From IMG/VR virus record IMGVR_UViG_3300032240_001333, positions 1 to 64,000 of that record: DNA of 64,000 nucleotides. One strand, written 5' to 3'. Positions 39,342-49,598 of the stretch are shown piece by piece. The notes under the pieces were generated by a model. It had not been told where the DNA came from. It ran no database searches and worked only from the letters and a program-made list of their open reading frames with translations. The stretch's first letter is position 1. The number at the start of each line of letters is the position of its first letter. This DNA comes from a virus. A program made the position numbers and the translations under genes.

Positions 39342-39575
39342 ATTTGATGGATATTGCAAATATTGTGAAATGGTTGTAAGAGGTAAAACTACAGCAATCA
39401 ATACCCTGGAATCTGGTAATTACCTATATATAGGAGAATGCCTAATATGCCTATATGAGATCAGAAAAATAGTTGCAAAAGCTAAACAAATTATAGTTGA
39501 CTAGAATATATATATAATATATACTATATACATCCCAATTAGTGCAAGCGAAAAGTGAAGCGGAAAAGAGAACAA

Positions 39576-39857
39576 ATGAACATATTTAGGCAATTTCGCC
39601 TTAAGAAGGCTATTGGCCAGATAATGAATGAGCATGAAGAATTATTTAAACAATTAGCAGAGGCGGAGAAACAACCAATTACCAATTTAACATGGCAAGA
39701 TGATGATGGGCTATATAGGGCATGGTCCTATAATAAAAAGCAAAATAGATACTATTTCAATGATATTGGTGATGAGATGTTTTTGAAAGTATGGGAGTAT
39801 ATATTTAAAGATGGCGGGGAAGATGAATTATCTAAAGGAAGGCTGGTAGAGTTATGA
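39576..39857 (+). CDS. Hypothetical protein
   Basis: ORF 39555..39857; likely start MNIFR. Confidence 0.5.
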   Translation: MNIFRQFRLKKAIGQIMNEHEELFKQLAEAEKQPITNLTWQDDDGLYRAWSYNKKQNRYYFNDIGDEMFLKVWEYIFKDGGEDELSKGRLVEL

Positions 39858-40036
39858 GTTATATATTTTTGATGGCTATTACATGGTTAATAACTAGGTT
39901 ATATTACACAGGAAAGCTGGAAAAAATTCTAGGCAATTCAAATCTCATAGAGACTAAATGCGATAGATGCTCCAATATCCTGTATTTAACCCAAGAGAAC
40001 ATTAGAGCAGTAAATTACTGCAATGGCTGCAAATAG
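39854..40036 (+). CDS. Small membrane-anchored zinc-ribbon protein
   Basis: N-terminal hydrophobic segment; CDRC...CNGC. Confidence 0.5.
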   Translation: MSYIFLMAITWLITRLYYTGKLEKILGNSNLIETKCDRCSNILYLTQENIRAVNYCNGCK

Positions 40037-40787
40037 GACGGGGAAAGCGATGAAATGCGATATATGTAAACTAGATAAGAAACTATACCTATATATCAAA
40101 GATACTCTAATATACGGATTATGCTTATTATGTCTGAAGACCCAAGAGCAAATAGATATAGCCAGAGATTATAAAGAACTTAAAGAGCAACTATATAATA
40201 ATATGCTGAAAGATGACCTATAATAGCTGATATAAGCCATTAGAAATTCTTTCAGTATGGCTAAAATATGCTACATATCCTAACTTCCCCCTTCCCTTCC
40301 AGAGCTCTTAAAACCCCCTTTAAAGCCCATTTAGAGCCATTTCTATTAGATATCTATGAAAGTAAATACTATTAATTCATTAGTAAATACTATAGATTTA
40401 TGATTATATAATTATACATGTATTTGAGCATCCTCCATAACTCCCCATAATGCTCCACATGTCCCCATGTCTATCAAATGTTCAGGGATTTGTCAACATG
40501 TCTCGTAAAAGCATATTTTTGCCCACATGTCAATAGATTTTATATAACAATTTGGCATAAATGTATGTTAAATTTGCTATACATTTTGCTATATTTTATA
40601 TATATTTTAATAGATTCTATATATGTTTTATTATATTATTATACATTCTTATATGATTCTCAGGGATTTTTAAGTATTCTTCGTAAAGGAGAAATTGTGC
40701 CCTTAGCTAATATACAAAAAAGGGACATATATATCCAAGATGTACATATAGTACAAATCGGACATACATGTCCCATGTTTGATTATA

Positions 40788-41057
40788 TTATATTATAGGT
40801 TCATGTTGTTCTATTACTTCGGCTAGATGACTGGATAACATTAGGGCTTCTGATGTATATCCTTCCGCCCATGCCGTTTGGAAATTACCCGCCTGTTGTT
40901 TAATAACTTCCTTTATCAGTTCCATAAGTCTATCTTGAGTATATAGCGGTAGGTTATTAACAATAATACTAGCGCAAATCATTGGATTAAACCAATGATT
41001 ATCTAATACTACTTGTAGTTGGTCTACGATTTTTTCTTCATCTGTTTTCTTTGCCAT
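40788..41057 (-). CDS. Early-region hypothetical protein
   Basis: GAAAGAGGCGGA directly upstream; TATAAT promoter near 41082. Confidence 0.65.
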   Translation of the reverse strand: MAKKTDEEKIVDQLQVVLDNHWFNPMICASIIVNNLPLYTQDRLMELIKEVIKQQAGNFQTAWAEGYTSEALMLSSHLAEVIEQHEPII

Positions 41058-41150
41058 GTCCGCCTCTTTCTAGTCTTTGGATTATATCAAAAAAGTTGGG
41101 AAAGGTCAATAGTGATATGCGACTATCAACCCCTCCCAATGTTAGATAGT

Positions 41151-41291
41151 TTACTTGGTCTTAACCTCTGCAGTAAACTTGATGCCGTTCTTCTCGGCCT
41201 CTGATAGAGCTTGCTTGGCTGCTCCTGAGAAGCGACCACGCTTGCCGACAGTAATGCCCTTGCTTACTAGATATTCACGTTTTGTAGCCAT
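41151..41291 (-). CDS. Lsr2-like DNA-binding domain only, 46 aa (not in ORF track)
   Basis: MATKREYLVSKGITVGKRGRFSGAAKQAL... with the RGR AT-hook; AGAGGA RBS. Confidence 0.7.
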   Translation of the reverse strand: MATKREYLVSKGITVGKRGRFSGAAKQALSEAEKNGIKFTAEVKTK

Positions 41292-41293
41292 TT

Positions 41294-41725
41294 TTATTCC
41301 TCTTCTAATATAACAGGTTCCGCCTTGAAACCTGGTTCTTGCGTTCCATATTCAGTTGTATTATCTGACTCCTCGTCAGAATCTTCATCCAGCCATCCGT
41401 CGTCTTCGAGGGCGGCAAGGAAATCATTATCAATCATCCAATCAAGAATTGCCTCATCAACAGCCTCCGCACCATATTCAAGGGTAAAATCACTTGGCGG
41501 GTTGGCCCAGAGTTTATCCCAGATAACATCTAGAGTAGTATTAGCAGTTATTACAAAGTCATTGCCAAAATCATCTTGAGAATAATTATTAAACTTATCT
41601 TTAATTACATCCCATACCCATAGCCATACTAATGACATTGGAACATCCATGCCATTTAAAGTATCGACAATTTGGTCCAATTGCATTCTAATCTTGACAC
41701 CACGGTCATATTGTGCATTATCCAC
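41294..41725 (-). CDS. Acidic early-region hypothetical protein
   Basis: CAACGAAAGG leader upstream of GTG. Confidence 0.65.
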   Translation of the reverse strand: MDNAQYDRGVKIRMQLDQIVDTLNGMDVPMSLVWLWVWDVIKDKFNNYSQDDFGNDFVITANTTLDVIWDKLWANPPSDFTLEYGAEAVDEAILDWMIDNDFLAALEDDGWLDEDSDEESDNTTEYGTQEPGFKAEPVILEEE

Positions 41726-41972
41726 GCTGTTTTGCCCTTTCGTTGATAGCGAATGCTAAATTATACGTCATAACATACAAATCTGTCAATGCGTCCATAC
41801 GTCCTTCAAAATAAAATTTATCTGCAATATTATCAGAATCACCTATTTCCGATAGTTTTGTTTCACATTCATACATCCAATTTTTTAATTCACCATGCAT
41901 GATGTTAGTACCTGTTTCTCCCAGGTCAATCAGCTTTTGAAGATGTGGGCTTAATTCATCAGACATTATCAT
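41718..41972 (-). CDS. Early-region hypothetical protein
   Basis: ORF track; operon packing. Confidence 0.6.
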   Translation of the reverse strand: MIMSDELSPHLQKLIDLGETGTNIMHGELKNWMYECETKLSEIGDSDNIADKFYFEGRMDALTDLYVMTYNLAFAINERAKQRG

Positions 41973-42394
41973 TTGCTACCTCCAATAAATGTTCTATGGC
42001 AAATATCTGTCCTTGTATATAATGCCAATCAATTGAATCATCTTTTAAAGATGTCTTTTCAATTAGTTCTTTATCTTGTTCAAGACTTATTAAATGAAGT
42101 TTCATATATTCGATTAAATTAGTCATGGATATCTTTCTGTCCAGTTTCTCTATTATGAATTGCATATACTCCGCAATCACAATTAAAGTATCCTGGTGTG
42201 TCGGTGCATTCCCATTTATGACTATGCATGATCGAAATACCCCTCAGCCCATAGTCCTTGCAAGAAACTGTTTGCCATTTCTAAATCGCTTCTAAGTTCT
42301 GTCTTATCCATTAAATTGGACGGGGTCCTAAGATAAAAAAGTTTTGCGTCATGTATAGCATTAATCATTCTATTTAAATCATTTTCAGTATAAC

Positions 42395-42604
42395 CTAGCA
42401 TAAGAAGTACTCATCCCCTTCTTTATATCCATAATATTCATTATAAGATTGTCTTACATTATCAGGAGCAAATTCCATAAATTTAAATTCAGCATATTCT
42501 TCGCCTTCATCTAAATTAGAATTATTCCAGTCTTCAAACAATTGCTCTTTTATATCATGCTGGATAGAATCTATTAGCATTTCATTCATATCATCTGTAA
42601 ACAT
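42395..42604 (-). CDS. Acidic early-region hypothetical protein
   Basis: Own TGTCAG-N10-TATAAT promoter and AACGAAAGG leader. Confidence 0.7.
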   Translation of the reverse strand: MFTDDMNEMLIDSIQHDIKEQLFEDWNNSNLDEGEEYAEFKFMEFAPDNVRQSYNEYYGYKEGDEYFLC

Positions 42605-42760
42605 TTTTCCCCTTTCGTTATGGCTTAATTATATATCAGACCACTGACATTTGTAAATAGAATATTGGTGTGTTTCACACCACATTGTCCAAAGATTGAG
42701 ATTTCCAGGAAATTTACTTGACATCCGTAAAACAGATATGATACCCTCACCAGCTGCGGG

Positions 42761-42894
42761 AAATAAGAAACCCCCCAGCCGAGACTACTGGGGGATTAAG
42801 AGAGTGGCTGCTAGGACCTCAACGAAAGGAAAAGCCTGCTTTACTTAGCAACTAGATAAGTTGCACCACTCATATGAATAGGCACCCTGGGCCT
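42761..42894 (-). ncRNA. Candidate trans-acting antisense sRNA 1 (anti-AACGAAAGGAAAA)
   Basis: TGCTATAAT promoter (42901-42909), several stems, UUUUCCUUUCGUUG in a predicted loop, terminator CCCCCAG/CUGGGGG plus U-rich tail. Confidence 0.75.
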
Positions 42895-42911
42895 AATCAA
42901 ATTATAGCATA

Positions 42912-43316
42912 TTAGACGAGCAGTCTCTCCAATGCATACTTCTCACAGAATGATGTGAGATCCATGGTAAAGATTGCTTCATTCTTCATACCTAAAACTT
43001 TATTCTCTAAGTTGCGATGATCATCTTGCTCATGCAATGAGAACGTTTGGTCCTTCCAATTAATAACAGCGATCTTGTGCTCATTGTCACCAATTGAATT
43101 TACCTGCAGACCCCAGCCTGTTTCCATGTTCCATTGGTCGCCGATCAAATGACTAATAGCAATACGTGTTGCATATGATTCGTCATTCCATCGAGGACGT
43201 GCTGCAATAACAGCATCCGCCAATTTACCTAACATGTTATATCCAGCCCAGTGTCCGTATAAGCAGATTGTATCTCCTGCTCCATCAACGAATACGTAGT
43301 TTGCTCTATCTCCCAT
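42912..43316 (-). CDS. Early-region phage protein
   Basis: MGDRAN...LYGHWAG; AGGCGGA RBS. Confidence 0.7.
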   Translation of the reverse strand: MGDRANYVFVDGAGDTICLYGHWAGYNMLGKLADAVIAARPRWNDESYATRIAISHLIGDQWNMETGWGLQVNSIGDNEHKIAVINWKDQTFSLHEQDDHRNLENKVLGMKNEAIFTMDLTSFCEKYALERLLV

Positions 43317-43507
43317 TATATTTCCGCCTTTTCTAGTTGAGGTGTTTCTTCCGTTTTGTTTAATTCTATCATTTCATAGGCCCATTTGTCTAGAGCCTCT
43401 GAATTACTATTTCGGTGATGTCCGCAAAATGCCAGCTCACCTGATGTGCTACGGGCTAACCATTTAGCCTGAGCTGAGCATGAATCACATTTGATCCATT
43501 CGCTCAT
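43316..43507 (-). CDS. Small zinc-finger protein
   Basis: CDSC...FCGHH. Confidence 0.65.
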   Translation of the reverse strand: MSEWIKCDSCSAQAKWLARSTSGELAFCGHHRNSNSEALDKWAYEMIELNKTEETPQLEKAEI

Positions 43508-43875
43508 ATCTTGTTTTCCTCTATCATATCTGATAGGCGGTCAAGGAGCCAAGAGTCGATATCCGCTAAGTCTATCTCTCTTAACTTCTCAATGATCTCC
43601 TCACGAGCAAATTTATACCCGTCATCAAAACCATCTTTATACTCAGACATTTTCTCCCCTAACATATGCTAATTCATTCTCAGCATAATCTTTTTCATTT
43701 AATACTGTAAGATTGTGAGTTTGAATTAACTTGCTCACCTTCTCAATATTACCTGTTCCGATCTCGAATGTCAAGGACTTACGGTCATGAGAATCAGGAT
43801 CAAGCCCCATGACCTCCGCATCCCATGAGGCTCTATGGAAAGCAACATTACTATTTGCTTTTAATTTATAAAACA

Positions 43876-44328
43876 TTAGTTCCAATCCACATCTGTGTCT
43901 TCAATTGACCAATCATTTACTTCAACATCGCTTCCATATGATGTTAAAGTAAGTTCATCTCCAAGTTTGTAATGAGCGTCAAAGTTATCAACCTCATCAA
44001 GTGGAACCTGAACAGTTACTTCAAAATTAATAGTTCCAGTTACTGTAACTGTCTTTGATAATTCAAATCCAAACAGTTCTGCTATTTGTTGAAGCGCTTC
44101 TTCCTTTGTATAATTAGGATTATATAATTCAACTAGAAGTTCTTCTAACTCATTAACCTTTGATTTAAGGCTATGATAGTTATCATTAGCACGACGACCT
44201 TGATCTAAGGCCCATTCTAAATCAACTACCTTATCGGTAATATATTCAGGTGCTTCAGGTGCTGCGTAGGTTCCTGCAATCTTCTTGTAAGTCACAAGTA
44301 GATTAGGATTGTATGTTTCTATTGACAT
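43876..44328 (-). CDS. Early-region hypothetical protein
   Basis: CAACGAAAGGAAA leader. Confidence 0.7.
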   Translation of the reverse strand: MSIETYNPNLLVTYKKIAGTYAAPEAPEYITDKVVDLEWALDQGRRANDNYHSLKSKVNELEELLVELYNPNYTKEEALQQIAELFGFELSKTVTVTGTINFEVTVQVPLDEVDNFDAHYKLGDELTLTSYGSDVEVNDWSIEDTDVDWN

Positions 44329-45086
44329 TAGTTTCCTTTCGTTGTAGTAGTGGTTAAGTATACATTATGGGTCTGACATTCCGCCATAGCATCTTCATCC
44401 TGCCAAGAGCCTTGATTACATTCTGAGCAGAATTCTCCGCATCCGTCTTCACAATAATCTATTGTGTTAAAAGATTGGCAGGCATAACATCTGTTTTCAT
44501 ATTCTAAGTTTTCATTAACTTCACCACGAACAATCTCGTATTCACCACCCCAACCAGTCTCTTCTTCAAATTCAAGGGTTAATAGAGAGTTTGGAACAAG
44601 ATTGCTAAGTTTAGTTAATATAGTAACGGCAGGTGACCAAGCAGTATTATATTTATAGATAACCCAGTTGTCTTCACCCTCTGATGTATATTCAAGTAAT
44701 TCAGTATCAGGATATTCATCTTTGTCTGCTACGGCAACATCCCATTTTGTTCCCCAGTTAGTTGTATTCCAGTTATACCAATCTTTCTGAGTTTTAGCAT
44801 GCTCCATTTCTTTATCAAACCAATCAGGTTGATTTGTAGAAATTCCAAGTCGTGCAGGTTGTTGAACATATTCTTGCATTGTAATACCATCTTGTAATGG
44901 AGAATGTATATTCCAAAATGCAAAGACAGGATTAGAGTAAGTAGATTCAGTTACTTCCATTTTATTAGTTTCCATGTTCCAACTATCGTGCCATACCATA
45001 AATGGCTCGTTAAGTTTATCTTTGATAAAATCTATCTCAGACTTTGGTCCTTGGATTGTTAATGTGTTATACACCCAGTTAGGCAT
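44328..45086 (-). CDS. YubB/DUF1281-like ferredoxin-fold protein
   Basis: MPNW, WYNWN..NWGTKWD, YNTAWSP; start corrected to MPNW behind the leader motif. Confidence 0.7.
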   Translation of the reverse strand: MPNWVYNTLTIQGPKSEIDFIKDKLNEPFMVWHDSWNMETNKMEVTESTYSNPVFAFWNIHSPLQDGITMQEYVQQPARLGISTNQPDWFDKEMEHAKTQKDWYNWNTTNWGTKWDVAVADKDEYPDTELLEYTSEGEDNWVIYKYNTAWSPAVTILTKLSNLVPNSLLTLEFEEETGWGGEYEIVRGEVNENLEYENRCYACQSFNTIDYCEDGCGEFCSECNQGSWQDEDAMAECQTHNVYLTTTTTKGN

Positions 45087-45210
45087 ATTATTCCTTTCGT
45101 TGATTAGCGCAATTGTATCAGAGTCGACTGACATTATCAAGGATTTCCAGGAATTTTATTGATGTTCTCATAAAAGCGAAAAAAGGCCCTTAGCTATTGG
45201 GGGCAGCTTG

Positions 45211-45284
45211 CGATCCCAACGGGACTTGAACCCGTAGCCTTTACCGTGACAGGGTAACGATCTAACCAATTGATCTATGGGACC
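45211..45284 (-). tRNA. tRNA-Asp(GTC)
   Basis: Acceptor GGTCCCA/TGGGATC, anticodon arm TTACC-CTGTCAC-GGTAA, T arm ACGGG-TTCAAGT-CCCGT. Confidence 0.92.
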
Positions 45285-45315
45285 TAGATGTGGGGCCCTT
45301 TCGGGCCCCATTTAT

Positions 45316-46323
45316 TTATACTAGTTGCAGATTATTTTGTACAACTTTTAACAAGCGATTTTTTTCTGCGTTAATTACAGGATTGAAACCACTTGCAGAT
45401 GCTAAAAGAGTTTCAGCATTTCCACGGCGATGCCAATCTAAACGCTCAGTTAAAGCGTTAAATGCTCCCCATGCATTACCAGCGATCATGTGATTAAATT
45501 CGCCAGTGTAGATATCATTAATGAGATCAACTTTCGTTTCCCATTTTTTAATTGCGCCCTTAGTATCTTTTGTAGGCTTAGGGTACGCAGCCAAAATAAT
45601 ATCGTTAAATTGTTGAGCGGTGATTTCTTTTTGAATCATCTGCTTAGCCATGATATCGAATTTATCCATGTATGAATTCGCAAGACCTAAAGCCTCACGA
45701 GCCACACGCACACGACCTTCAGCAGATTGTGTATGACGGATTTTGAAAGATTGCTTAACGCCATCTTTCTTTTTGATATTGCCCATCGCAAGATTTAGCG
45801 TGTTAGCGCATACAACACGAACGGGTGTTATAGATGCTTGAATAGCAATTGAGCCATCATGTGATGTATTAATAAGCAGATAAGTTTTAACAACATCTGC
45901 CACGCCACTAGGATCAAGAACGGTTTCACGCTCTAATGCTAATGAGCCGAATACAACACGACCGCCACGAATTGAGCCAGCAGTCTCCCAACGTCCACCG
46001 CCATCAAGAATATTATCGCCGAATGCGAATAATTCTTCATTTTGCAATGGTACATAACGCTCACCGACAATTCCTAAAACATCGGTTTGTGTTTTGTCCG
46101 TAGGATTAGTACGCACAACATATTGATAGTTTTTATCGCTTGTTAATGTAGATGGAATTTCTAATTCCTCTAAGCGAACATTCCAACCATTAAGGTTAGC
46201 GGTTTCTAGCATTTCGCTAGTTGTTTTTTCTTCTGTGAACACGGTACCTAAACCATGCCACGCAGGTTCACGAAATGATGCAAAAGAAGTTTTGCCATTT
46301 TGTGATTCTAGTTCATGAGCCAT
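45316..46323 (-). CDS. DUF932/DUF945-family phage/plasmid protein
   Basis: REPAWHGLG, ETAGSIRGGR, NTSHDGS, TPVRVVCANTL, RHT. Confidence 0.85.
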   Translation of the reverse strand: MAHELESQNGKTSFASFREPAWHGLGTVFTEEKTTSEMLETANLNGWNVRLEELEIPSTLTSDKNYQYVVRTNPTDKTQTDVLGIVGERYVPLQNEELFAFGDNILDGGGRWETAGSIRGGRVVFGSLALERETVLDPSGVADVVKTYLLINTSHDGSIAIQASITPVRVVCANTLNLAMGNIKKKDGVKQSFKIRHTQSAEGRVRVAREALGLANSYMDKFDIMAKQMIQKEITAQQFNDIILAAYPKPTKDTKGAIKKWETKVDLINDIYTGEFNHMIAGNAWGAFNALTERLDWHRRGNAETLLASASGFNPVINAEKNRLLKVVQNNLQLV

Positions 46324-46460
46324 TTATTTTCCTTTCGTTTAATGTAGCGTTATTCTAGCATACATGACTGACATTTGGCAATATCCTATCCGACACGCCA
46401 GGGATTTTAAAAGCTTGACTTAAAGCAGAAAATGCCCCCACAGTATCTGGGGGCTTTTAA

Positions 46461-46679
46461 TTAAGAAATGACTAACGATTTAAAATCGGTTGGAAAAAAC
46501 ATTGCCAGAATCTTTTTCTTTTCAACATTGTCATATACATATGCTTTGACATTGCCCTGGAACTTATTTAGATTTTTTCTAACAACTTTATTTAGCGCTT
46601 CACGATTTAATATATCATTAAAATGTAAAGTTAAATCATGAGCTTTGTTAGCATCATAGATTTCTACACGATACCGCAT
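46461..46679 (-). CDS. Early-region hypothetical protein
   Basis: AAAAGGAAA RBS; TAGACA-N18-TAAAAT promoter. Confidence 0.6.
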   Translation of the reverse strand: MRYRVEIYDANKAHDLTLHFNDILNREALNKVVRKNLNKFQGNVKAYVYDNVEKKKILAMFFPTDFKSLVIS

Positions 46680-46751
46680 TTGTTTCCTTTTGTAGTAGGG
46701 AGAACTATTTTAACATAGGGGGCTAGATTTTGTCTAGCCCCCATTTGTTTA

Positions 46752-47174
46752 TTATAGATATTGAGCGATAGCGTTGTAAGTAGAAGTTGAAACTACTTCC
46801 TCATCTGTCATTTTCAGAATACGGATAGCGTTTTCAATTTCATCTTTTGTAGCCTTGTAAGTATGAACATGGAAGGTTTCAAAATCACGCTCAGGTTGCT
46901 TAGGAAAATCCTTCTCGTCAATTTTTAAGTCAAAATCAACATTGAGTTGGTTATTCCATGAACGATAATTTGTGCGGACATTTTCCGCTTTTGAGATATT
47001 ATCAAGAGCAAACTTAACAATATCTTTATTCCACTTAGCCAAAGTCTTTTGATACTTTGCCTCGTTCTCGTCTTGTTTCTTATAGTTAGTTTCAATTTCT
47101 GCTAACTTAGTTTCTAAAGCCTTGATAACTTTAGGTGTAGCGATTTTAACGCTAATTGCTTTTTGTCTTGACAT
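46752..47174 (-). CDS. Early-region hypothetical protein
   Basis: Complete promoter plus leader cassette. Confidence 0.75.
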   Translation of the reverse strand: MSRQKAISVKIATPKVIKALETKLAEIETNYKKQDENEAKYQKTLAKWNKDIVKFALDNISKAENVRTNYRSWNNQLNVDFDLKIDEKDFPKQPERDFETFHVHTYKATKDEIENAIRILKMTDEEVVSTSTYNAIAQYL

Positions 47175-47241
47175 GTATTTCCTTTCGTTAGGTTGGGTTT
47201 ATTATAGCGGACACCACCGACAAGCGGTGTCCGCATATTAC

Positions 47242-47385
47242 TTAGTTTAGAACTACTGAAGTCCAGCGTTCTTTGCCATTTACATCTAGCAAGATACGAG
47301 CCACTCCGCTTGGGTGATTATCAACGGCTTTGATAATTCCAGTAATACCACTTGTAGTGGTTGTGTATAGTTGTCCGATTTCCAT
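47242..47385 (-). CDS. Early-region small protein (MEIGQLY...)
   Basis: Start corrected to the ATG following the leader motif. Confidence 0.65.
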   Translation of the reverse strand: MEIGQLYTTTTSGITGIIKAVDNHPSGVARILLDVNGKERWTSVVLN

Positions 47386-47436
47386 TTTTGTTTCCTTTCG
47401 TTTATGGGTTGTTATTATAGCACCTGCCACCGACAA

Positions 47437-47706
47437 TTAGTAATCGGTTTCAGGTAGCCACGCTTCTAGGTGGTGAGCCTCGATAATTGCTAAGGCAGGA
47501 GCCTTATCTCTGCCCCTATATGACACGCCTTGAGGCATATCTATCAGGCGATCATAGTCCTCATCATAGTACGCATCTATGGCATCAATACATGGTTGTA
47601 CCATTGATAGCGGAACGGGTGGATAGTGATTACCTTGTAAGTGATAACCAATAGCCATTTCTAAGTCTAAGTTTTCTGCTAAGTCTATTGCTGTATTTAA
47701 TCCCAT
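47437..47706 (-). CDS. Early-region phage protein
   Basis: HLQGNHYPPVP motif; AGGAG RBS. Confidence 0.7.
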   Translation of the reverse strand: MGLNTAIDLAENLDLEMAIGYHLQGNHYPPVPLSMVQPCIDAIDAYYDEDYDRLIDMPQGVSYRGRDKAPALAIIEAHHLEAWLPETDY

Positions 47707-47982
47707 TTATTCATTCTCCTCTAATATAGTTTCGGATAAGTTTTCTATTTCGTTAATACTATCCGTCATCTCTTTCATCTCGGTTTCGGATAGTAATACT
47801 TTAGTAGTTAGGTCTGCTGTTTTACTAGCAAGACTAGCAGAATAAAGATAAATTAACTTTGCGAAAGTTTTATCATCTATTTCATTTCTGCGTTCCATTA
47901 AGTCCCCTGCTAAGGCTGTAATATCATCATTAAATACTGCTTCCTTAGTTGCTTCTGATATTGCTATGGCTGTTGCTAACAT
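47707..47982 (-). CDS. Early-region hypothetical protein
   Basis: Promoter plus leader cassette. Confidence 0.7.
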   Translation of the reverse strand: MLATAIAISEATKEAVFNDDITALAGDLMERRNEIDDKTFAKLIYLYSASLASKTADLTTKVLLSETEMKEMTDSINEIENLSETILEENE

Positions 47983-48034
47983 ATTTTCCTTTCGTTGGTG
48001 ATGGGCTGATTATACACCAGCCCACCGACATTTA

Positions 48035-48295
48035 CTAAGCCAGTACTATAAGAGCCTGCGTAGCAAACTCATTAGCAATATCTAACTTTGCTTGGATTTC
48101 ATCTCTAGTCATATCGGCAGGGTTACCGACAAACTCAGTAATTGCGCCTTGATTGTAAGTTGCAAACCTACCAGCAGGCAAGTTTTCTACTTTTGGATAA
48201 AACTCACCTTTTGGATCTAATAAAGAGTTAAACTTAACTCCATTAACTTCGAATGGATAAACCACCCAATTAGTTGTGTCTAGCATTGTTTTCAT
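48035..48295 (-). CDS. Early-region hypothetical protein
   Basis: Promoter plus leader cassette. Confidence 0.7.
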   Translation of the reverse strand: MKTMLDTTNWVVYPFEVNGVKFNSLLDPKGEFYPKVENLPAGRFATYNQGAITEFVGNPADMTRDEIQAKLDIANEFATQALIVLA

Positions 48296-48565
48296 TTTAT
48301 TTCCTTTCGTTTAAGTAGTGGAATTGTAGCAGATCTAACTGACATTTTGTTGCGACACGCCGTCAGCTCGTAAAAATTTTCAGGGTGTTTTATATCACAT
48401 TCTTAACGACACGCCCGACCCCGCAGTATTTGCGGGCAAAGCCCCCTTTTGTCAAGGGGGACACGCTGGTTATTTAATAACACTCTCCACATAATGGATA
48501 GTAATATTCGCCATCATCAGTAATAAACTGAGTGGTATCTTGATTGCAAGATGAACATTTATTCA

Positions 48566-48775
48566 TTATAAATCCCCCATTTCTGCGTCAGCCATGCGTG
48601 TATTCATATGATCTGCATCAATATCACGCCAGCCAAAGTAAGCCATTTCTGACATATCATAACATTCAGGGCAGACATAATCGTCGCCAAAGATTTCATA
48701 TTCCTCAATAGTTTCGAAAGTCTGAGTAGCACCACAGATTTCGTACATTAAGCAAGCAACTGTTAGATTTTCCAT
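48566..48775 (-). CDS. Early-region acidic zinc-ribbon protein
   Basis: Cys pairs; promoter plus leader cassette. Confidence 0.65.
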   Translation of the reverse strand: MENLTVACLMYEICGATQTFETIEEYEIFGDDYVCPECYDMSEMAYFGWRDIDADHMNTRMADAEMGDL

Positions 48776-49025
48776 TTTAGTTCACCTTTCGTTAAGTAAT
48801 GGAATACTAACACATCACACTGACATTTCCAAATCGACACGCCGAAATTTTCAGGGCATTTTTATCATGTGTCTTAAATCACAAAACGCCCCCACAGCTT
48901 TTGCGGGCTTTTTCTAATCTGTCAAGTCGACACGCCGTTTATGTTTTAATTTTCTTGTGTATTTTTTTTTATTGCGAACAGGTTGGGCCGCATTGCTGCG
49001 GCGTAATTCCTGAATGCGTTTTACT

Positions 49026-49217
49026 TTATTTAGAAGAATATTTTGGCACATGATAACCGCTTGCTTCATGAAATTTAACAACATCAAAACGCTCATTATC
49101 TTTTGCAAACATTTCTGCAAAATCGTGAACAGTTTTAGAAAAAACAGCGGGATGAATTTTATCGCTGATATATTTTAAAATTTCAGCGGTTGCGATATAG
49201 TCTTTACGGGTCATCAT
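49026..49217 (-). CDS. Early-region small protein
   Basis: MTRKDY...A....DN.RFD..KF pattern. Confidence 0.65.
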   Translation of the reverse strand: MMTRKDYIATAEILKYISDKIHPAVFSKTVHDFAEMFAKDNERFDVVKFHEASGYHVPKYSSK

Positions 49218-49413
49218 TTTGCGGACACCAATCCAATCAAGTTAAAATTTTTAGTATACATTTTACCATTAGGCATAGTTAAATTATATCTTGCGTTTTC
49301 TACGGCAAAGCCATGATCTTTACATCTAGCAAAAGCCTCAAACGCTTGAAGAGCATCAGAAAATTCATGGGTAAATTCTAATTTCCCATCATAGTAAGTA
49401 AATAATTTATACA

Positions 49414-49545
49414 TTAGATCACCCACTCATCTAAAACACAATCACAACTTTCAACATCATAATTTTTTTCATCGCCCCAAAATACAAATCCTGCGCCACC
49501 GCATTCTTCACATTCAATTGCGATTATTTCTTTTATATTTCCCAT
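49414..49545 (-). CDS. Early-region 43-aa zinc-ribbon protein (not in ORF track)
   Basis: CEECGG.G...CDC; promoter plus leader cassette. Confidence 0.6.
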   Translation of the reverse strand: MGNIKEIIAIECEECGGAGFVFWGDEKNYDVESCDCVLDEWVI

Positions 49546-49598
49546 TTAGTTTTCCTTTCGTAGTTTGTTAATAGAATTATAGCGGATACCGCTGACAC

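Noticed and set aside
40478-40798. ORF-track 106-aa ORF
   Set aside because: Low-complexity I/Y/L translation of an AT-rich motif-bearing intergenic region; no RBS
42718-42860. Plus-strand gene using AACGAAAGGAAAA at 42821 as its RBS
   Set aside because: No ATG/GTG/TTG follows at RBS distance, and the terminator U-tract fits the minus strand; a plus-strand counter-transcript from TTGACA at 42718 cannot be excluded
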